Positions 57,823 through 64,000 of a stretch of 64,000 bases of DNA are shown in pieces. Made by a program: the position numbers and the translations under genes. The stretch is from positions 2,368,001-2,432,000 of the forward strand of contig AP038806.1 of the NCBI GenBank assembly GCA_047150005.1, written 5' to 3'. Within the stretch, counting starts at the first letter, position 1, and every line of letters begins with the position of its first letter. The stretch is from Nitrospira sp. Its GTDB lineage: Bacteria > Nitrospirota > Nitrospiria > Nitrospirales > Nitrospiraceae. The notes below the pieces were generated by a model. That model was not told the origin of the DNA. It ran no database searches and saw only the letters and a program-made list of their open reading frames with translations.

Positions 57823-58428
57823 ATGCTCGACGATTTGGATAGGACGTTGGAGAAGTTGTTGGCCCGAGAACTGCCGCGCGAGCTTGTTGCCGGGGTGACG
57901 ATCACCTTTGCCGCTCCGGACGAGCAATTTCCTCCACAATCGGTCAGCCTTCCTGCAATCGATTTGTTTCTCTACGACGTACGGGAGAACCGAAATCTGC
58001 GCACCAACGAATGGAGTCTCGAACGCAAGGATAACGGCACTGGCCTCAAGAGGTTTGCCCCGGTTCGGGTGGATTGCTCCTATCTCATTACAGCTTGGGG
58101 CAATGCCGGGTCGCTGACGGCGGCGCAGGAGGAACATCGGCTGCTTGGGGAAGTCATGCGCGTCATTGTGCGGCATCCCGTCATCTCTTCGGAATTCTTG
58201 CAAGGCAAGTTGCTGGCACAGGAGCCCGACATGCCGACCGTATCGATTCAGCCGGGACATCTGCAAAGCCTCGCCGAGTTTTGGCAGGCACTGGGCGGAA
58301 AACCGAAAGCGGCGCTCAATTATACGGTGACGATGGCGCTCGAACCGTTCGAACCGGTCAATGTCGGCAAGTTGGTAACGGACAAAGCGCTGCAGTTCGG
58401 CGATGCCGGTCAGAGACAAGAGCCATGA
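57823..58428 (+). CDS. DUF4255 protein (Afp16/Pvc16-like cap/terminator)
   Basis: DLFLYDVREN, SYLITAW, EEHRLLG, FWQALGGKPK. Confidence 0.88.
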   Translation: MLDDLDRTLEKLLARELPRELVAGVTITFAAPDEQFPPQSVSLPAIDLFLYDVRENRNLRTNEWSLERKDNGTGLKRFAPVRVDCSYLITAWGNAGSLTAAQEEHRLLGEVMRVIVRHPVISSEFLQGKLLAQEPDMPTVSIQPGHLQSLAEFWQALGGKPKAALNYTVTMALEPFEPVNVGKLVTDKALQFGDAGQRQEP

Positions 58429-58823
58429 CTCAACGCTGGTGGGGACAGGCCCGTCATCGCGCCGCCATAGGGGGGCAAGTGTTGGACGAGCGCACCAAAC
58501 GACCCGTCTCCAATGCAGCGGTCGTTCTTACCGGAGTGCCGGACGAATTCAAGGTGCGGTGGGAGGCGAGTATGGATGCGGCCCGTCAGAGTGGTCCGGA
58601 GCGGGTAAACCGGTTGGATCTGACCAGGACATCCGCGGCCGGCTACTATTATTTTCTCGATCTACCAAAAGGAATGTACGAGCTGACAGCGACCGGTTTC
58701 GGACGAACTCCTCCAGTCGGTACAGGAAAAGCAAAAGTGTCGCTCGATCAGAACGGGAATGTGGTGATGACAACGGTGGACCTGACCTTGAAATACCATA
58801 AGGAAGATCCAAAGCGCTTATGA
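58425..58823 (+). CDS. Carboxypeptidase-regulatory-like (beta-sandwich) protein
   Basis: IGGQVLDERTKRPVSNAAV…GYYYFLDLPKGMYELTA; ATGA overlap with the upstream stop. Confidence 0.75.
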   Translation: MTQRWWGQARHRAAIGGQVLDERTKRPVSNAAVVLTGVPDEFKVRWEASMDAARQSGPERVNRLDLTRTSAAGYYYFLDLPKGMYELTATGFGRTPPVGTGKAKVSLDQNGNVVMTTVDLTLKYHKEDPKRL

Positions 58824-58885
58824 TCGTATCTAAAAACCATAATCCGGTGATACCGCCACTAACCTTGTAACAAGGAGTGAATGCG

Positions 58886-60247
58886 ATGGCGACCTATCTT
58901 TCTCCCGGAGTCTATGTAGAAGAGAAGCCTTCTGAAATTAAGCCCATCGCCGGTGTCGGGACCAGCACCGCGGGGTTCATCGGATTCTTTGGCGACGAAA
59001 TAAAGATTCCCAAACCCAACCCGAAATATGACCCGACAAAGGAGATAGTCCCATCTGTTTCGCCGTCGGCCTCGGCCGCTACTGAACCACCGACGCCGAC
59101 GGGCCCTAGGGGGAGATCAGGACCTGCCACATCTGAACCGTCTCCCTCTGGAGGATCCGGCGATGGGAACAAACCGTTTGTCCTGGACACCTTCAAGCCT
59201 CGTGCGGCCGGTGAAGTGGTCTTCTGTACGAATTTTACTGAATATAAACAGGCGTTTGGGGACTTCTCTACGGATGAAGGGCAGCGGAGTCTCACTCATG
59301 GAGTCTACGGATTCTTTCAGAATGGTGGTACCCGATGTTGGGTGGCTCGGGAAAAGGACAAGGCGCAAATCACTCATGTCTTGGGGAAGTTTGAGGGGAT
59401 TGACGAAATCGCGCTGGTCCTAGCGCCGGGAGCAAGTGACCAGGTTTCATGGGGAGCTCTGCTGGACCATTGTGAAAAACTCGGGGAACGGTTTGCCATT
59501 CTAGATACGCCTAAAGAAGTGGGAACACATGAGACGCCGGATATAGGCGCCCTGACTGATGAGACCACTAGAAAAACTAATGTTCCTCGTGACTCAAACC
59601 ATGGAGCGGTCTACTTTCCATGGATCGAAGCGTTGGATCCGGCCACGAAGATCATGACTCCCAAGGAATCCGGCCGTCTCTATGTCCCTCCAAGCGGACA
59701 TGTTGCCGGTATTTATGCTCGCGTCGATCAGGAACGCGGTGTTCACAAAGCCCCGGCGAACGAGGTCGTCCGAAATGCACTGGATCTTCGCTATTACATT
59801 AGTAGAGAGCATCAACAGAGTCTCAATCCGATCGGAATTAACTGTCTGAGAGACTTGAACGGGGCGATTCGCGTCTGGGGCGCAAGAACGATCGGCGGCG
59901 ATCGCAACAATGAGTGGAAATACGTCAACATCCGCCGCACATTCCTATACCTCAAAGAGTCCATTGACGAAGGAACCCAATGGGTTGTGTTCGAGCCTAA
60001 CGATCGAATGTTATGGGGAAAGATTGTTCGCAACGTGTCGGCGTTCTTATTTAACGTGTGGCGGGATGGAGCCTTGTTCGGCAGCACAGCCCAAGAAGCC
60101 TTCTATGTGAAGTGCGATGACGAAACCAATCCGCCCTCGATACGGGAACAGGGCCAAGTCGTGACTGAAATCGGAGTCGCCCTGACGCGGCCGGCCGAAT
60201 TTGTGATTTTCCACGTGAGTCAATGGGCAGGACCGCAGAAGCAATAG
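58886..60247 (+). CDS. Contractile tail sheath protein 1
   Basis: YLSPGVYVEE, PPSGHVAGIYARVD..RGVHKAPAN, VWGART, YVNIRR, WVVFEPN, PAEFV. Confidence 0.93.
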   Translation: MATYLSPGVYVEEKPSEIKPIAGVGTSTAGFIGFFGDEIKIPKPNPKYDPTKEIVPSVSPSASAATEPPTPTGPRGRSGPATSEPSPSGGSGDGNKPFVLDTFKPRAAGEVVFCTNFTEYKQAFGDFSTDEGQRSLTHGVYGFFQNGGTRCWVAREKDKAQITHVLGKFEGIDEIALVLAPGASDQVSWGALLDHCEKLGERFAILDTPKEVGTHETPDIGALTDETTRKTNVPRDSNHGAVYFPWIEALDPATKIMTPKESGRLYVPPSGHVAGIYARVDQERGVHKAPANEVVRNALDLRYYISREHQQSLNPIGINCLRDLNGAIRVWGARTIGGDRNNEWKYVNIRRTFLYLKESIDEGTQWVVFEPNDRMLWGKIVRNVSAFLFNVWRDGALFGSTAQEAFYVKCDDETNPPSIREQGQVVTEIGVALTRPAEFVIFHVSQWAGPQKQ

Positions 60248-60299
60248 ATTCGCGAGCAGCCCGTGCATAGCGTTCGCATGAGTGAGGACAGGAACTGTG

Positions 60300-61496
60300 G
60301 TGACTTATAGCGTGCCAGGAGTGTATTGGGACAAATTGTTACCTTCCACTCCGGTATCGGAGATCGAAACCGGTGTGCCGGTATTTCTGGGGTATGCGAA
60401 GCTGGCTCGGCACCTTCGGTGCCTGAAACGATCCAGGCATCCCTTGACTAAACTGACATCTTGGGAAGACTTTTCGGTTTATTTTGGCCTGGGAAAACCA
60501 GACAGCTACCTAGCTCCGGCGGTCAAAGGCTTCTTTCAGAACGGCGGCCGCAGATGTTATGTGATGCCGCTACCAACCGCCAACAATCCTCAGCGGGCAA
60601 AAAGGGTTTTGGCCCTTGGGCTCAAGAAGATCCTACGATTAGAAGAAGTCGATCTTGTCTGCACTCCCGATATCATGAAAAGCGTGGGCATGGAACAAAC
60701 AAGCGACCCCACTCGGATCCATGAGTTGCAGGGCCTTGTCCTTAGGCACTGTGATGAAGCCGGGGATCGGTTTGCGATTCTGGACTCACCTCCTGAGGTG
60801 AGCAACGAGCAGGCAGTGGACGCCCGCCACGGATTGGTCAGTGCGAATGGCGCCCTCTACTATCCGTGGGTGCGAGTTGAGGGCGGTGCTGAAGCGATAA
60901 GTGATGGTGTCCCTCCCTGCGGTCATATCGCAGGGGTCTATGCCCACACCGATGCGAACCTGGGTGTCTTCAAGGCACCTGCGAATGAACTCGTCGAGGG
61001 AGTCATAGATCTGATGGTGCATCTCACTGACGAGGACCAAGGGCCCCTGAATGAGTTAGGCGTCAACTGCCTCCGATCCCTTGGTGGCCGAGGGATTCGG
61101 GTGTGGGGTGCTCGTACACTCAGTGGCCTCTTAGATTGGCGGTACGTCAACGTTCGGCGGCTCTTTATTACACTGGGGCGCTGGATTCGGCAGTACCAGG
61201 CTCATATTTGTTTTGAACCTCATACAGAGCAATTGTGGGCCAGCATCGAGCGGGATCTGACAGTGTATCTTGGCGGACTGTTCCAGCGTGGAGCGCTGAA
61301 AGGTGATACCCCCGGCCAAGCTTTCTACGTCAAGTGTGATGCAGAGACGAATCCCTCGTTCAGTCGTGAGGAAGGGTGCCTGGTGACGGAAGTCGGACTT
61401 TGTCCAAGAGTACCGGGTGAATTCATCGTGGTGCAGCTATTCCAGAAACCGGATGGCATTCATTTGGTCGGGATTCCTGAACCCAGCCGTACATAA
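60300..61496 (+). CDS. Contractile tail sheath protein 2
   Basis: PGVY, PPCGHIAG, FKAPAN, VWGARTLS, YVNVRR, FYVKCD. Confidence 0.9.
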   Translation: MTYSVPGVYWDKLLPSTPVSEIETGVPVFLGYAKLARHLRCLKRSRHPLTKLTSWEDFSVYFGLGKPDSYLAPAVKGFFQNGGRRCYVMPLPTANNPQRAKRVLALGLKKILRLEEVDLVCTPDIMKSVGMEQTSDPTRIHELQGLVLRHCDEAGDRFAILDSPPEVSNEQAVDARHGLVSANGALYYPWVRVEGGAEAISDGVPPCGHIAGVYAHTDANLGVFKAPANELVEGVIDLMVHLTDEDQGPLNELGVNCLRSLGGRGIRVWGARTLSGLLDWRYVNVRRLFITLGRWIRQYQAHICFEPHTEQLWASIERDLTVYLGGLFQRGALKGDTPGQAFYVKCDAETNPSFSREEGCLVTEVGLCPRVPGEFIVVQLFQKPDGIHLVGIPEPSRT

Positions 61497-61508
61497 GGAG
61501 GACAGTAT

Positions 61509-61943
61509 ATGGCTACCGGTGATCGTCGCGATCCGTATCATGGCTTTCGATTTGTCGTACAGATTGACGGAATCACGCGGGCCGGATTCCGGGAATGTTC
61601 CGGGCTCGACTCCAGTCAGGACCCCGTTGAGTATCGTGAAGGAAATGAACCCCTTACGGCGCGGAAGCTTCCTGGTCTAAGCAAATACTCGAACATCTCG
61701 CTGAAGCGCGGCGTGACGGACGACAAGGACCTGTGGAAGTGGAGGAAGCAGGTCATCGACGGCAAGGTCGAACGAAAGAATGGATCCATCATTCTGCAGG
61801 ATGATGCTGGCGAAGAGAAAGTACGGTGGAATTTTGTGAACGGGTGGCCGACCAAGTGGACGGGGCCGACCTTCAATGCTACGGCCAATGAAGTCGCTAT
61901 CGAAACGTTGGATCTGGCTCACGAAGGAGTGGACCGAGCATGA
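61509..61943 (+). CDS. Tail tube protein (T4 gp19-like)
   Basis: AGFRECSGL, EYREG, LKRG, RKNGSI, WPTKWTGP, VAIETL. Confidence 0.93.
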   Translation: MATGDRRDPYHGFRFVVQIDGITRAGFRECSGLDSSQDPVEYREGNEPLTARKLPGLSKYSNISLKRGVTDDKDLWKWRKQVIDGKVERKNGSIILQDDAGEEKVRWNFVNGWPTKWTGPTFNATANEVAIETLDLAHEGVDRA

Positions 61944-62329
61944 CATTTCAAACCGAGTTCCCTTTTTCCTTACCGCGCGGATACCGAGATGGCGACGGGG
62001 CCTTGCATCGTGAGGGCCTGATGCGATTGGCGACCGCCTACGATGAAATCGTGCCGCTGAAAGAGGCGCGGGTACAGGCCAATCCCGCCTATCTTGTCAT
62101 GATTCTGTTTTCACGAGTCATCACCAAGCTGGGAGATCTGACTCACATCACACCGAAGGTCATGGAGGGATTGTACGCTGTCGATTTGGCGTACCTGCAG
62201 GATTTCTATCGTCGCATCAACGAGGACGGACACAACCTCATGGATGTGGAATGCCCCCATTGCAACGGCAAATTTCGACTGGAGGTGTCGTTCCTGGGGG
62301 GAGCCTTGGCTACCCCTCCGAGCGGTTAG
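61940..62329 (+). CDS. Tail assembly chaperone-like protein
   Basis: FSLPRGYRD.DG.LHREG.MRLATA.DEI…DLAYLQDFYRRIN, CPHC; sits directly after the tube gene. Confidence 0.8.
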   Translation: MTFQTEFPFSLPRGYRDGDGALHREGLMRLATAYDEIVPLKEARVQANPAYLVMILFSRVITKLGDLTHITPKVMEGLYAVDLAYLQDFYRRINEDGHNLMDVECPHCNGKFRLEVSFLGGALATPPSG

Positions 62330-62463
62330 CGGAGGAGGTGGCGTATATCGCGTATCACTTCCACTGGCCGGCTGATGAGGTGTTGTCGCTTGATCACCAT
62401 GAACGCAAACGCTGGGTGGGCGAAATCAGCAAGATCAATCAGCGACTGAATGAGAGCCAGTAA
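62296..62463 (+). CDS. DUF6760-like segment in the -1 frame, probable frameshift extension of the chaperone
   Basis: YPSERLAEEVAYIAYHFHW…LDHHERKRWV.EIS.IN; no nearby start codon; follows G GGG GGA. Confidence 0.7.
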   Translation, partial: GGSLGYPSERLAEEVAYIAYHFHWPADEVLSLDHHERKRWVGEISKINQRLNESQ

Positions 62464-62475
62464 TTGGACTGCCTA

Positions 62476-62925
62476 ATGAACGGCGTACGATCCAGAAGCA
62501 AAGATCCTTATCTGTCGTCGCGCTTTGCCGTCCAGATCAAGTTGGAAGGGGAGCCCATCGCCGGCTTTAGCGAGGTCACCGGTCTGCAAGTAGAGGTTGA
62601 ACTCGAAGAGTATCGCGAAGGTGGACAAAATGATCACGTCCATCAGTTCGCGGGGAAGGTCCGCTATCCCGCTCGTCTTGTTCTCAAACATGGTTTCGTC
62701 GACAGCCGCGCATTGTGGGATTGGCAGAATGAAATCATTCAGGGGCGAGTGCAGCGCAAGAATCTATCTATTGTCTTGCATGATAGCGAGGGGAACGCAA
62801 GAGCCACGTGGGAGGTAAAAAAAGCTTGTCCCGTTAAATGGTCCGGACCGGACTTTCGGGCGAACTCTGCTGAAGTCGCCTTGGAAACGCTCGAACTGGT
62901 CCATCAAGGATTCGCTCGAAAATGA
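62476..62925 (+). CDS. Tail tube protein 2 (gp19-like)
   Basis: AGFSEVTGL, EYREGG, LKHG, RKNLSI, PVKWSGP, VALETLELVHQG. Confidence 0.9.
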   Translation: MNGVRSRSKDPYLSSRFAVQIKLEGEPIAGFSEVTGLQVEVELEEYREGGQNDHVHQFAGKVRYPARLVLKHGFVDSRALWDWQNEIIQGRVQRKNLSIVLHDSEGNARATWEVKKACPVKWSGPDFRANSAEVALETLELVHQGFARK

Positions 62926-64000
62926 GAAAGGGCCATCGTGGAAACCGTTGGAACTGATAGCCGGCATCATGGGCGTCACACGGGCGATGCGTACGAACTC
63001 ACTGCCGACCGTGACCTGGGTATCCAAGCGTGGCAACGTCATATCAGTCCAGGTCTGATCCCGCATACCCAATCATCGAGGATCTGGCGGCAGGCGACCC
63101 AGGTAGGACAGACCCCCCTCGTCAGCCACATCACAGACCGTTTTGGAACTGACAACTATGAATTCAGAACATGGGATAGCCTGCCCTTTGTCATGACCAG
63201 ACGCAGGCCAACGATCCAGGCTCGCGCGATGTCCGGCGCAAACCTCTTGCAGGACCAGCAATCGACACAGCAGGACGCGAGCGTCCGGACCCATGATGAT
63301 CGAGCCGAGCCGCAGGTTGACTCAACAACCGTTTCCGCGGAGCCGAAAGCACCAGCCCCTCACGCGAGTGCATCCGGAATTGTCCTCAAGCGACAGGCAG
63401 AGGAAGTTTCTGTAGACAGCTTGCCGTTCTTGCAAACATTAGGTGGAGCAGCGCGCGATCGGTCCAGTATCGATGTGTCAGGGGGCGCCTCTCTTTCAGG
63501 CTCTACTCATCGCGACCAAACACTCCATCTCCGTCAAGGTCCGTTTCCCGTTTTGCCGAAACACCGGGCTGGAGATCTTGAATGCACACCGCAGCGCCGT
63601 GATGACGGAGCTGATGTAACCCCCGATTCATCTCTCGATGGCACAACTCAGACCGTCACTCCTGCCATCAGACACGTGCCCCTGGGGACTGTTGCGCCAT
63701 TCCCGTTGCTGCGGAGTATCAATCAATCGAGTCCCAACTCAGGGAGTGCAAGCGACACCGCAATGGCAGAGGCCGGTTCCATAATCGAGTCACACAAGGA
63801 TTGGCAGGAACGAGCAACAAAGCTTCAACCAATGGTGTTGCAGCCACCGATCGTCCGGCGTGTGTTGCATCAAGAAGTGTTGCCTGCGTCACAAAAACCA
63901 GGAGACAATGATCAGCCAGTGGATCACAGGGACGAACACGATTCAGTGCATGAAGGGTCCACCTCAATTCACGGAACGGTTCCTCGTGCCGACGAGTCTG

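Noticed and set aside
58886..62925. Prophage tail or T6SS interpretation
   Set aside because: No head, packaging, integrase or TssJLM/ClpV genes seen; DUF4255, Afp15-like ATPase and DUF4157 point to eCIS.
1..64000. CRISPR array, rRNA, integrase or transposase genes
   Set aside because: No regularly spaced repeats or matching motifs were seen by eye.

Overview
An accessory, GC-rich bacterial region. The MITE style suggests Nitrospira, but that is a weak inference. It has four parts. (1) About 0.4-24 kb is bracketed by degenerate 3' halves of a tRNA-Thr(CGT) gene, which look like att-site scars. It carries a clostripain-family protease, a secreted isoamylase and a tightly coupled 18-kb, 8-gene operon: three Cys-cluster trypsin-like proteases, a stand-alone copy of their C-terminal domain, a DUF6603-like beta-rich protein, and three large proteins (1110, 1826 and 625 aa) with no recognisable function. 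This operon is my best candidate for an undescribed system. (2) About 25-41 kb holds further peptidases (metzincin-like, M1, M6), lipoproteins, a FAD oxidase, a UDG-family/amidohydrolase pair and a frameshifted PG-binding/CHAP gene. (3) About 41-46 kb holds a sigma-54 activator without a sensory domain, next to a Cache-like membrane protein without a kinase. (4) About 47-64 kb is the left part of an extracellular contractile injection system (eCIS): three DUF4157-family effector candidates with variable C-termini (one nucleotidyltransferase-like, with a putative immunity gene), a TGTNACA-rich intergenic region, a MITE, then ATPase, DUF4255, two sheaths, two tubes and a chaperone pair with a probable -1 programmed frameshift. 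All family calls come from motif recognition by eye; no database search was run.
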